From Armatimonadota bacterium (lineage in GTDB: Bacteria; Armatimonadota; UBA5829; DTLH01): DNA of 46,607 bases. Position numbers and translations under genes: made by a program. Below are positions 17,786 through 26,608 of the stretch, in pieces. Each line of letters starts with the position of its first letter. Position 1 is the stretch's first letter. The DNA lies in the NCBI GenBank assembly GCA_038207085.1, contig JBBRAE010000022.1, positions 1-46,607 on the forward strand, read 5' to 3'. The notes under the pieces were generated by a model. That model had not been told where the DNA came from. It did not search any database and saw nothing but the letters and a program-made list of their open reading frames with translations.

Positions 17786-19132
17786 ATGACCATCGACCAT
17801 CTCGAACAGCAACTGAACGACTTCAACCCCCTGGTGCGTAAGGAAGCCCTTTCTGAGCTTGCCAAACGCGTGGAAAGCGGCGAGATATGCATCCCCGAGG
17901 CGAAGCCGGAAGTGAATATCCACTTCCACACTTTCTTTTCGTTCAACGCCGAGGGCTGGTCGCCGAGCCGTGTGGCTTGGGAGGCCAAGAAATACGGGCT
18001 GGAAGTCGCAGGCATCGTTGACTTCGACGTGCTCGACGGGCTTGATGAGTTCATCGACGCGGGTGAGACGCTTGGTCAGAAGGCTACGGTCGGACTGGAG
18101 TCGCGTGTCTTTGTCGAGGAATACTCGGACAAGGTGCTAAACTCGCCGAACGAGCCCGGGATTCTCTACTTCATGGCCCAGGGTGTCTTCAAAAAGCCCG
18201 ATGTCGGCACCGCGTCACACACCACGCTTTCGATGATGTCCGAGACCGCCCGCGAGCGCAACATCGGGATGATAGACCGCGTCAACGCGCACCTGGGAGA
18301 GTTCACACTGGGCTACGATGCCGACGTTCTGCCGCTGACGCCTAAGGGCAACGCGACGGAGCGCCATCTGCTCCTCGCCTACGACCGCAAGAGCAAGACC
18401 GCGCTCGACGGTCGTGCGTCGTCGTTCTGGTCCGAGATTCTGGGTGTTCCCGAAGCTGAGGCGGCTGCGCTTGTCGCCAACACTCCCGAGTTCCACGAGA
18501 AGATGCGCTCCAAGCTGATGAAGTTCGGCGGCGTCGGCTACGTCAAGCCCGACCGCAAGAGTTTCCCGTCGGTCGACGAAGTGATCGCGATGGCTCGCGG
18601 CATGGAAGCGCTCCCGACCACCACCTGGCTTGACGGCACAACACCTGGCGAGGCCGACATGATGGCGCAGCTCGAGCTTATGACTTCAAAGGGCGTCGTT
18701 GCAATCAACATTGTCCCCGACCGCAACTGGAACATCAAAAACGCCGAAGAAAAGGCGATCAAAGTCGCCAAGCTCGCCGATGTAATCGAAGCCGCCCGCG
18801 CCTTTGACCTGCCGCTTTCTATCGGAACCGAGATGAACAAGGGCGGTCTGCCGTTCGTCGACAACTTCGCCGCTCCCGATCTCGCGCCGTATGCCGACGA
18901 GTTCGTCGAAGGCGCACACTTCTTCTACGGTCACACGCTGCTTGCCCGCTGGGCAAACTTCGGCTACTTCTCCAAGGGCGCTGATGCCGCATTCGGCTCT
19001 GATCGTAAGGCCCGAAACGCCTTCTTCGCCGAAGTTGGTGCAAAAGCCGTGCCAGTCGCGAAGCTCTACGAATCGCTAAGAGCCGGGGCAGGGGAGTGGG
19101 AATCGGCGAGCTTGCTTGATCTGGTGCGCTAG
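17786..19132 (+). CDS. PHP-domain-like protein
   Basis: N-terminal HFHTFFS and 'GLEVAGIVDFD' PHP-like metal motifs; 'ERHL'. Confidence 0.65.
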   Translation: MTIDHLEQQLNDFNPLVRKEALSELAKRVESGEICIPEAKPEVNIHFHTFFSFNAEGWSPSRVAWEAKKYGLEVAGIVDFDVLDGLDEFIDAGETLGQKATVGLESRVFVEEYSDKVLNSPNEPGILYFMAQGVFKKPDVGTASHTTLSMMSETARERNIGMIDRVNAHLGEFTLGYDADVLPLTPKGNATERHLLLAYDRKSKTALDGRASSFWSEILGVPEAEAAALVANTPEFHEKMRSKLMKFGGVGYVKPDRKSFPSVDEVIAMARGMEALPTTTWLDGTTPGEADMMAQLELMTSKGVVAINIVPDRNWNIKNAEEKAIKVAKLADVIEAARAFDLPLSIGTEMNKGGLPFVDNFAAPDLAPYADEFVEGAHFFYGHTLLARWANFGYFSKGADAAFGSDRKARNAFFAEVGAKAVPVAKLYESLRAGAGEWESASLLDLVR

Positions 19133-19155
19133 ATGCTGATCTGTTAGTGTGTGAA

Positions 19156-19191
19156 CAGGGGGCCAGTGATCATCGACCAGATGGCCCCCTG
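19156..19191. terminator. Hairpin between convergent genes
   Basis: CAGGGGGCCA / TGGCCCCCTG. Confidence 0.6.
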
Positions 19192-19201
19192 AGTCTTTAG
19201 A

Positions 19202-20281
19202 TTAATAATCGCAGTGCGCCCGGAACACTTCGAGCGCGTATTTGTAAGTCTCCAGGCTCACCTGAGGGCTGATGGAGTGGTCGCTGTGCATAAAGTATGC
19301 TGCGCCAAGCGACTTAAGCGCGCCCATCTTGCCTGCGATCTCGGCTTCGATTTCAGGCTTGTTGCCGCGCTCCAGCACCTGAATGTCGATGTTCCCCATA
19401 AATGCGAGCTTGTCCCCGTAATCTTTGGCAAGCTCAACGACGTTCACCCCGGCTTTGGCCTCCATCGGCTGCAGGCAGTCGACTCCCTCTTCGATCAGCA
19501 TCGGGACGGCGGCGGTGATATTGCCGCAGGAGTGCATAATGACCGGCATCCCTCTGTCATGGAAGTAGCCAAAGAACTTCTTATGGTGCGGCATTATGAG
19601 CTCGCGATACATGTTCGGCGAGCAGAATAGCCCCTTGTTATAGCCCAAATCCTCGTATATCAAGACGCCATCGGGCTGGCCCGCGTGCTCGAACAGGTAG
19701 TCGATATGACGGATCATAAAGTTCGTATAGGTCTCGCAGAAGTCTGTGATCCACTCCGGTTCAAGAGCGAGGCTTTCGAGCATCGCCACGTCGCCGAGCG
19801 TGTTTCGAAGCAGCTCGAAAACGAAGATGTCGCCGTAGTAGCTGAACCTGCCCGAAGCTTTGGCGGCTTCAAGGCCCTTTTTTGCAGCCTCTATGTCCAC
19901 CCGGCTAGGGTCAAACTCAAGAAGCGGTGGCTTGTAGATGCTTTCCCACTTCTCAGGCGTGGTGCAGTCGAAGTCGACGTGCTCCGGCGTCCCGGACTTG
20001 TTTTTCCAGTAGCGCATAGTCGCGCCGTTGCCGTGTCTGACCAGTCTGTGTTCGTCGGTTTCCTCGACGACTACCTCCTGGCCCTTGAACGATGTCTTGC
20101 AGATCCACCCGCAGGCGAATGTAAGGTCGTAGCCGAACTGCTCCTCGGGGCTTGTGCCTTTGGGATACCCATGCTCGGGCCAGACCTCATTCAGGGTTTC
20201 CGGCCAAAAGTGGTCGTAGAGCCCCATCCTGTCCGGCAGTTCTCTTTTTAGAAGTTTCTGAACTCGCTCTCGTGATGTCAT
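19202..20281 (-). CDS. Uroporphyrinogen decarboxylase (URO-D/MtaA-CmuA) family protein
   Basis: MTSRERV start, EDLG, SP.MYRE, HSCGN, GNID, SDHSI. Confidence 0.85.
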   Translation of the reverse strand: MTSRERVQKLLKRELPDRMGLYDHFWPETLNEVWPEHGYPKGTSPEEQFGYDLTFACGWICKTSFKGQEVVVEETDEHRLVRHGNGATMRYWKNKSGTPEHVDFDCTTPEKWESIYKPPLLEFDPSRVDIEAAKKGLEAAKASGRFSYYGDIFVFELLRNTLGDVAMLESLALEPEWITDFCETYTNFMIRHIDYLFEHAGQPDGVLIYEDLGYNKGLFCSPNMYRELIMPHHKKFFGYFHDRGMPVIMHSCGNITAAVPMLIEEGVDCLQPMEAKAGVNVVELAKDYGDKLAFMGNIDIQVLERGNKPEIEAEIAGKMGALKSLGAAYFMHSDHSISPQVSLETYKYALEVFRAHCDY

Positions 20282-21798
20282 TTTGTTTCATCTTCCTGAG
20301 TAGCATGCTTTTCAGGCTTCATCTGAGGAAAGAGCACTACGTCGCGAATAGAGTTCTGGTCGGTAAAGAGCATCACGAGCCTGTCGATACCTATTCCAAG
20401 CCCGCCTGTGGGCGGCATGCCATACTCAAGTGCGGTCAGGAAGTCCTCATCCATCGGATGCGCCTCAACGTCGCCAGCCGCGCGCATCTTTGACTGCCCG
20501 ATGAACCGCTCGCGCTGGTCGATGGGGTCGTTGATCTCCGAGAAGGCGTTGCCAGTCTCCTGGGTGCCGATATAGACCTCAAAGCGTCTGGTCATCGACG
20601 GATCGCCCGGGACCTTCTTCGCAAGCGGCGAGGTCTCGACTGGAAAGTCGGTGATAAACGTCGGCTGCATAAGCGTAGGCTGAACGAATCGTTCGTGGAT
20701 CTTCTCGATGATCCCGCCGAGCATATCCTCGTTCTCGGTCGAAAGCCCAAGGCGCTCCATAGCGGCTTTTGCGCTCTCAACGGTCGCGAGCTCTTCGGGT
20801 TTGACGCCGGTCTGCTCTTCGATCCCCTTAAGCATCGGGAGCCTCTTCCAGGGTGGGGCGAAGTCGAGCACTTGGCCCTGGTAGTTGATCTTGGTGTCGC
20901 CGTAGACTTTCATCGCGACGTGGGCAAAGAGCTCCTCGACCAGCACCATAACGTCTTCGAGGTTCGCGTAGGCCTCATAGCTCTCAAGGAGTGTGAACTC
21001 GGGGTTGTGGCGGGTCGATAGCCCTTCGTTTCGGAAGACGCGCCCGATCTCATAGACCTTCTCAAGCCCTCCGACGATCAACCGCTTCAAGTATAGCTCA
21101 AGTGAGATCCTGAGGTGGAAATCGTGGTCAAGCGCGTTGTGATGGGTCGTAAACGGACGCGCCGCCGCTCCTCCCGCGACCGCCTGAAGCACCGGTGTCT
21201 CTACTTCGAGGTACCCGCGATTGTCATAGAACTCGCGAATCGCCCGGATGATCAGACTGCGCTTTACGAACGTCTTGCGGCTGTCGTGGTTTACTATCAG
21301 GTCGAGGTAGCGCTGTCTGTAACGCTGCTCCACATCCTGCAGCCCGTACCACTGTTCGTCGCCCTTCTGCTTGCCGTATGGAGGCGGACGAAGCGCCTTT
21401 GAGAGCATAATCACGCTCTTGACGTGTACCGATACCTCGCCTGTTCTGGTTCTAAAGACGTACCCTTCGGCTCCAATGAAGTCGCCGAGGTCCATCTGGT
21501 GGACGATTGCGTAGTCGTCGCCCAGCTCCTCACGCTTGAAGTAGAGCTGGATCTTCCCAGACTGGTCTTCAACGTGCGCGAAGCTTGCCTTGCCCATCTC
21601 ACGAATAGACGCGAGGCGGCCGGCGACTCTCACGGTCTGATTTTCAAGACTATCAAAATCAGAGTGAATATTCTCAGCAATGTGCGTTCGCTCGTAGCGC
21701 TCGATGGCAAAGGGGTCTTTGCCCGCCGCGCGCATCTCTTCGAGCTTGGTCATACGCATCTTGATGAGTTCGTTTTCCTGCTCATGCAGCAGGTCCAT
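20278..21798 (-). CDS. lysS: Lysine--tRNA ligase, class II
   Basis: OB-fold (MGKASF), RYRQRYLDL, GGAAARPFTTH, FRNEG, HNPEFT, YGMPPTGGLGIGIDRL. Confidence 0.98.
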   Translation of the reverse strand: MDLLHEQENELIKMRMTKLEEMRAAGKDPFAIERYERTHIAENIHSDFDSLENQTVRVAGRLASIREMGKASFAHVEDQSGKIQLYFKREELGDDYAIVHQMDLGDFIGAEGYVFRTRTGEVSVHVKSVIMLSKALRPPPYGKQKGDEQWYGLQDVEQRYRQRYLDLIVNHDSRKTFVKRSLIIRAIREFYDNRGYLEVETPVLQAVAGGAAARPFTTHHNALDHDFHLRISLELYLKRLIVGGLEKVYEIGRVFRNEGLSTRHNPEFTLLESYEAYANLEDVMVLVEELFAHVAMKVYGDTKINYQGQVLDFAPPWKRLPMLKGIEEQTGVKPEELATVESAKAAMERLGLSTENEDMLGGIIEKIHERFVQPTLMQPTFITDFPVETSPLAKKVPGDPSMTRRFEVYIGTQETGNAFSEINDPIDQRERFIGQSKMRAAGDVEAHPMDEDFLTALEYGMPPTGGLGIGIDRLVMLFTDQNSIRDVVLFPQMKPEKHATQEDETK

Positions 21799-21867
21799 AT
21801 AACTTCCTCCTGGATAACAGTCAACAGGTGTAACTTGGCCCGTTGTCTGCGATATACAATGTACATA

Positions 21868-21913
21868 AAGATGGGAGTGTGTAGGCGATGTTTCTCCTAT
21901 ACACTCCCATCTT
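21868..21913 (-). terminator. Long hairpin downstream of greA and upstream of lysS
   Basis: AAGATGGGAGTGTGTAGG / CCTATACACTCCCATCTT, near-perfect 18-bp stem. Confidence 0.6.
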
Positions 21914-21951
21914 CTTCTATAAATGGTCCGGTTTATCCTCTGTAAGTAAGC

Positions 21952-22431
21952 TTACTTGCGGATGCCGGTTATCTCGTATCGGGCTATTCCCGCAGGGATT
22001 TCGACCTCTAATCTGTCTCCTATGGAACGGCCTACGAGCGCCTCACCCACCGGTGACTCGTTTGAGATCTTGTCGTCAGCGGGGTCAGCTTCCACTGGTC
22101 CGACAATCGTATACTCCCACTCGTCGTTTGTTTCAAGATCTCTCACTTGGACGATGGAGCCTACGCTGACGCGGTCGGTCAAGACCTCGTCATCTTCGAT
22201 TACGTGAGCGTGAGCCAGAATGCTCTTCAGCTCTTCGATCCGGCCTTCTACAAACGCCTGCTCGATCTTTGCATCCTCGTACTCCGAGTTTTCGGCAAAC
22301 TCACCGAACTGCTTGGAGTCGCGGATGCGATCGGCAACACGCCTGCGATTAACCGTTCTGAGCTGTTCGAGTTCTGATTCGATCTTTCTAAGCCCACCAG
22401 CGGTTAAGACTAACTCTCTGTCCGTCTGCAT
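21952..22431 (-). CDS. greA: Transcription elongation factor GreA
   Basis: ENSEYEDAK, EGRI, ISNESPVGEAL. Confidence 0.95.
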   Translation of the reverse strand: MQTDRELVLTAGGLRKIESELEQLRTVNRRRVADRIRDSKQFGEFAENSEYEDAKIEQAFVEGRIEELKSILAHAHVIEDDEVLTDRVSVGSIVQVRDLETNDEWEYTIVGPVEADPADDKISNESPVGEALVGRSIGDRLEVEIPAGIARYEITGIRK

Positions 22432-22465
22432 AGGACGTCACCTCTCGGTCTTGCGTAAGTGGAGG

Positions 22466-22514
22466 AATAAACAAGCACTGGCTTCGCTCGCTAGCGTAGC
22501 TTGACCAGTGCTTG
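22466..22514 (-). promoter_or_regulatory. Terminator-like hairpin in the greA leader (possible attenuator)
   Basis: CAAGCACTGG...CCAGTGCTTG followed by TTTATT on minus, about 35 nt before the greA start. Confidence 0.5.
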
Positions 22515-22814
22515 ACGGAACATGCTGTGCCGATTCAATATGTATATACCACACATGCGCCTACTCCCTAAACGAGTCCGGCGATTGGCTAGCAAGCCCG
22601 TCTTGTCATCTGCCTCATCTATTTGACGTAAGTATCGGCAAAAAGGATTCCAATTTTTAGAGAATATTTTTGATTATTTTTAGCGGGCAAGCTACTTTAG
22701 TTCATAGTTTACCCTTGAAAGGCGCAGAAATGATGGCGAAGTCACAGCCAAAAGGCAAGTAATGCCTTCTCGATCCGCCAGCTTATTATTGAAACAAGAA
22801 TGAGCAGACAACAT

Positions 22815-22842
22815 AAAAGCCCCGTCGATGATCGACGGGGCT
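22815..22842 (-). terminator. Intrinsic terminator
   Basis: AGCCCCGTCGA/TCGACGGGGCT plus U-tract on minus. Confidence 0.8.
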
Positions 22843-22866
22843 CGTGATTAGGTGTCGTTTCAGTAG

Positions 22867-25800
22867 TTAGAAGCCAGCTCCCTGTGCGACAGGCAGGTTG
22901 CCGATCACAAATACCCGGAAGTCCCGCGGCTCAACTTCTACAAAGACGCTGTTAGGCTTGAGCGTGCCCCAGGCCCAGGTTATGTCTTTGACCCCAAGGC
23001 CGTTCCCCTCGCCGGTTTCGAGGTCAAACATCTGTCTGGTCTCGATGTTGCCGGGGGTCGGCAGGATCTTCGGGAAGTCCATCCAGACTTCAGCGCGCCT
23101 TTTGGACTTGCTGTAGTTGGCGACTATCACTAGAATCGCCTTGTCTTTCCTATACATCGCTACGTCGATGTCGGGGTCGGCGTCAGCCACCTTGAACAGG
23201 CCATTGGCCTTCCATGAAGGGATGAACTGCGTCTCGCCGGGGAGCATCTTGAACATCCTGTAGTAGCTGCCGAGGAAGTTCTTGTAGTCGATCCCGTGGA
23301 AGAACTCGACTCCGTGGATGAGCATACTTGCCGACATTCCGCGGTATGTCTTGAACGCAGCAGTCTGGTCGTATTTGCCTTCCTCATCGACGAAGGTGTC
23401 TGATCCATAGTGGTTGAGGTGGCTGATGTTGTATCCCCATAGATTCTGGTTAAACATCACATCCATCCACTCCCGCGGCCACATATCCATATAGTCAGGT
23501 GTGCCCTTGGAAGGTAGCGGGTTTTCGCCTCCCATCACGAGGTCAGCGTAGGTGCAGACCGGCGCGAACTGGAAGTCTGTGTTGTGGATGGTGATCATCG
23601 TGTTAGGGCGATACTTCTCGAACGTGTTTCTAAGCCGCCTCATATACTCACGCATCTGCCAGAGGTCAAACGCGGGCTGGACCCGTCCGTCGGGCAGATA
23701 GTAAGCTGCTGTAGTCAGCGGGTCTTCGTAGACCCGGCAGAACATGTTGTCGAGGTAGTAGCCGTCGATGTCGCAGTCACGGATGAACTTCTCGGTCCAG
23801 TAGATGCGGCAGTCGCTTGCGTTCTTGGAGAAGACCGCGCCGAACTCATTTGCAAAGTAGCTGTACTCGGGCTCAAAGTAGTCTGCTTGGGTCTGCTCTG
23901 TGTACGGCTCCGAGAGCTGATCCCGTTCGTGGGCTAGTGCTGACCACTCTTTATACTTGGTGGGATTGTCCGGGTACATCCTCGCGTAGACTTCTGTTGG
24001 GGTCTTTTCAGGGTCCCAGCGACCGCTCTCGCGGGTGTAGCCAAACCCGACCACGTTCATGCTCGGCTTGTGGCCGGTGGTCTTGCGCGTAGGCACGGTA
24101 GAAAGGCCGAAGACGATCTCCCTCGGTTCAGTGAAGCTGACTTTTTCGCTTGCGAGGTTGAATATGAGATTGAGGTTGCCTTCTTTGGTGCGGACCATCT
24201 CGATCGCCGGCTCTTTGCTGCTCGGCCACCAACCCTGGTCGCTATCAGCGAACCAGGTGATGCCGCTTGAGAGGTTTCCGACGTGAACGATCGGAACGAA
24301 CGACCCTGTGGTCATCCTCTGGAACTTGACCATTGTCGAGTCCCACACCCGTCCAAGCTTGTCCTTACCGGGGATCAGCCCTGCCTGGTTGGAAAGTCGC
24401 ATGTTCGCGCCGTTAGCCAGGTAGTAGGTCGCCGCCTCCCCTCTAAACGGGATGACGACCTGCAGGCGGTCGAGTTTCGCCGATGTGTTTGTAGGTGCAA
24501 CTTTCAGCACGACCTTTGCGACTCCGTCAAAGTCGAGCCTGTAGGATACATCGATCTTGATAGGTCCTCCAACGCCGCTTCCGGTGTAGTTGACCTGAGT
24601 CTTGGAGACTATGCCCTTCTTCGCAGTAGTCGCGGTAGGGCTGACGGTAAACTCTTTGCCATCAGCGACTCCCCGGATCTGCATCGGGGCCGCTAGAAGT
24701 TCGACATCCGCGGCTTTGACGGTTCTGGGCAGAGCCATTCCAGTAAGCGTGATCTCCTTCTGGAATCCGTAGATGGTGTTTCCTTTGACGCTTACAGGCT
24801 GGAAGATCTTGGGCAGAACGTCCTGCTCACCGATCTTGTTGCCGATCCAGGGGAACTCTTTTGCCGCATCCTTGCGTTCAAACTCAGCCGTGTTGCTGAT
24901 GAGCACGTTGCCTGAGGCGTCGAGCATCTTCGCCTGGCACTGGTAAGTTCCAGGTTTCATGTCGGTAGGAAGCTTAACTCCGGTGCTCCCACTTTCATAC
25001 TCGAAATTGGTGATCACGCCACTTACTATGGGCGCGCCGCCTTTGGGGCTGATCTCAAACTTACAGCTCTTGACCTTGTCGCGCTGTGCCAGGTCATAGC
25101 GGTCCACGGTTACATTGGCATAGCCCTTAATCGGGTAGTAGCTGACCTTGAGAGGGAATGGCTCCTTCTTTGCTTCGACTACGAGCCCGATCTTGTTCGC
25201 CGGGTCTCCATAGGCGACAAAGCGGTTCCATGTGTAGAGTGATTTGCCGTCCTCTATGACCATGATCGCAAACTGGTAGCGCTTTTCGTCCTTGGCTGAT
25301 GCCGCGGACTCATCGACTGTGGTCTTGAACGTTTTGCCGGGTGCGAGGCTGATTGGAATCTGTTTCTCCGCGACGACCTCATTTGCACCTGGGTCCCAGA
25401 CCTTGCCGATCGCGGTTGCGTTGATCGGTCTGTCGGTGGTATTGGTAACCTCAAGGTCAAAAGTCATCCTCTTGGTCATAACGCCCGCCTCGGGGCGGAA
25501 CACGCGGATCGCGGGCGCGGTGTTCTTGAACGTTGCGGTGATCGGCCATCCGTAGAACCCGCTCCACTGCCACGGCTGCTGCAGGCTTGCCGCCATTCCT
25601 ATCCACCAGCGGTCGCCGTCTTTAAGCGGTGTCGCCTGGTAGACGGTTTTGCGTGGAATGGCAAACTCGCAGTCCCACCACTTGCCGTCGGCGCTGACGC
25701 TCTGTTTGAACGTCCAGTAGGTGTCCCAGATCATCCAGTTCTGACCGATCTGATACTGGTCTTCGCGGTCCGTGACGTTTCCTGCGGCGTTGCCCATAAA

Positions 25801-26367
25801 CTGCCAGCGGCAGAGCGACCCGATGGAGCCTGTGGTCTTGCGGTCAATGTAGAGCTCGCACTCCGTCTCCCAGGCTTCGACGAGGTCTCTTTTGGGGGCG
25901 CGGCTGAGGCGCACGGGAACTTCGCCTTCCCGCATGGGCATCTTCTGCGCCATATAGAAGTTTTCTTCGTCCCATCCGAGGTAGAAGAGCGACGCGGGGC
26001 GAGCCATTAAAGGTTGGCCCATGTTCTGTGCGCCGACTCCTGCGGGGATCACCGTTGCGCCGGCCCATTCGTCGGCGTCAACCCGCCCGTCGATCACCGG
26101 GGTCTTCTTGAACTTTGGAATACAAACCTGCAGTAAGTTGATATCGAGTGCGGCCATGTCTTTGGTCGCCAATTCGGACTTTCTGGCCGTAGCCAACTCT
26201 TTCTTGGTAGTGGTAACCGAAGTTTCGAGTTCCTTCAGCTTATTCTGAAGCTGCTCGACGGTGCCGCCTGAGGGTGATTGTGCGCCCACCGCTCCTGCGA
26301 TCACCAGTCCGGTCGCTGCCACGGTAAGCAGCACTTTGGTCGGGGTTTGGGTCTTGCGAAAACTCAT
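22867..26367 (-). CDS. Large secreted protein: CBM9-like sugar-binding domain plus putative glycoside-hydrolase-like domain (DUF6067-like)
   Basis: Start reassigned to ATG 26367 (AAGGAG RBS, signal peptide); 'PVIDGRVDADEW...GWDEENFY' CBM9-like; 'DGYYLDN', 'WQMREYMRRL', 'FIPSW'. Confidence 0.6.
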   Translation of the reverse strand: MSFRKTQTPTKVLLTVAATGLVIAGAVGAQSPSGGTVEQLQNKLKELETSVTTTKKELATARKSELATKDMAALDINLLQVCIPKFKKTPVIDGRVDADEWAGATVIPAGVGAQNMGQPLMARPASLFYLGWDEENFYMAQKMPMREGEVPVRLSRAPKRDLVEAWETECELYIDRKTTGSIGSLCRWQFMGNAAGNVTDREDQYQIGQNWMIWDTYWTFKQSVSADGKWWDCEFAIPRKTVYQATPLKDGDRWWIGMAASLQQPWQWSGFYGWPITATFKNTAPAIRVFRPEAGVMTKRMTFDLEVTNTTDRPINATAIGKVWDPGANEVVAEKQIPISLAPGKTFKTTVDESAASAKDEKRYQFAIMVIEDGKSLYTWNRFVAYGDPANKIGLVVEAKKEPFPLKVSYYPIKGYANVTVDRYDLAQRDKVKSCKFEISPKGGAPIVSGVITNFEYESGSTGVKLPTDMKPGTYQCQAKMLDASGNVLISNTAEFERKDAAKEFPWIGNKIGEQDVLPKIFQPVSVKGNTIYGFQKEITLTGMALPRTVKAADVELLAAPMQIRGVADGKEFTVSPTATTAKKGIVSKTQVNYTGSGVGGPIKIDVSYRLDFDGVAKVVLKVAPTNTSAKLDRLQVVIPFRGEAATYYLANGANMRLSNQAGLIPGKDKLGRVWDSTMVKFQRMTTGSFVPIVHVGNLSSGITWFADSDQGWWPSSKEPAIEMVRTKEGNLNLIFNLASEKVSFTEPREIVFGLSTVPTRKTTGHKPSMNVVGFGYTRESGRWDPEKTPTEVYARMYPDNPTKYKEWSALAHERDQLSEPYTEQTQADYFEPEYSYFANEFGAVFSKNASDCRIYWTEKFIRDCDIDGYYLDNMFCRVYEDPLTTAAYYLPDGRVQPAFDLWQMREYMRRLRNTFEKYRPNTMITIHNTDFQFAPVCTYADLVMGGENPLPSKGTPDYMDMWPREWMDVMFNQNLWGYNISHLNHYGSDTFVDEEGKYDQTAAFKTYRGMSASMLIHGVEFFHGIDYKNFLGSYYRMFKMLPGETQFIPSWKANGLFKVADADPDIDVAMYRKDKAILVIVANYSKSKRRAEVWMDFPKILPTPGNIETRQMFDLETGEGNGLGVKDITWAWGTLKPNSVFVEVEPRDFRVFVIGNLPVAQGAGF

Positions 26368-26491
26368 CTCCATCTCCTTATAGTATATTCTGTTGGCCAT
26401 CACGGATGCGAATGCGTGGAGTAAAGAAGAAGTCTGATAACCTTCAACGCCGCAATCCGCATGCACTTGGGGGTCCGTACACCAAAACAGG

Positions 26492-26534
26492 CGCAATCGT
26501 GTCCGGCGTATTTTGTGCTCGGAAACCGATTGCG
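26492..26534. promoter_or_regulatory. Two LacI-family-like operators
   Basis: GGAAACCGATTGCG (26521-26534) fits nGnAAnCGnTTnCn exactly; CGCAATCGTGTCCG (26492-26505) has one mismatch. Confidence 0.55.
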
Positions 26535-26608
26535 TTCCTAAAAACCTTGACGCTGAGATGCAGGCGTTATATCCTATAACGTTACACAGTGTGAGGAGAA
26601 TTTTTGCA

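Noticed and set aside
20278..21798. EF-P lysylation enzyme EpmA
   Set aside because: The protein is full length with an anticodon-binding OB domain, so it is LysS.
21800..21950. T-box or lysine riboswitch before lysS
   Set aside because: No T-box GGTGGNACC motif or lysine-aptamer features; only one hairpin in 150 nt.
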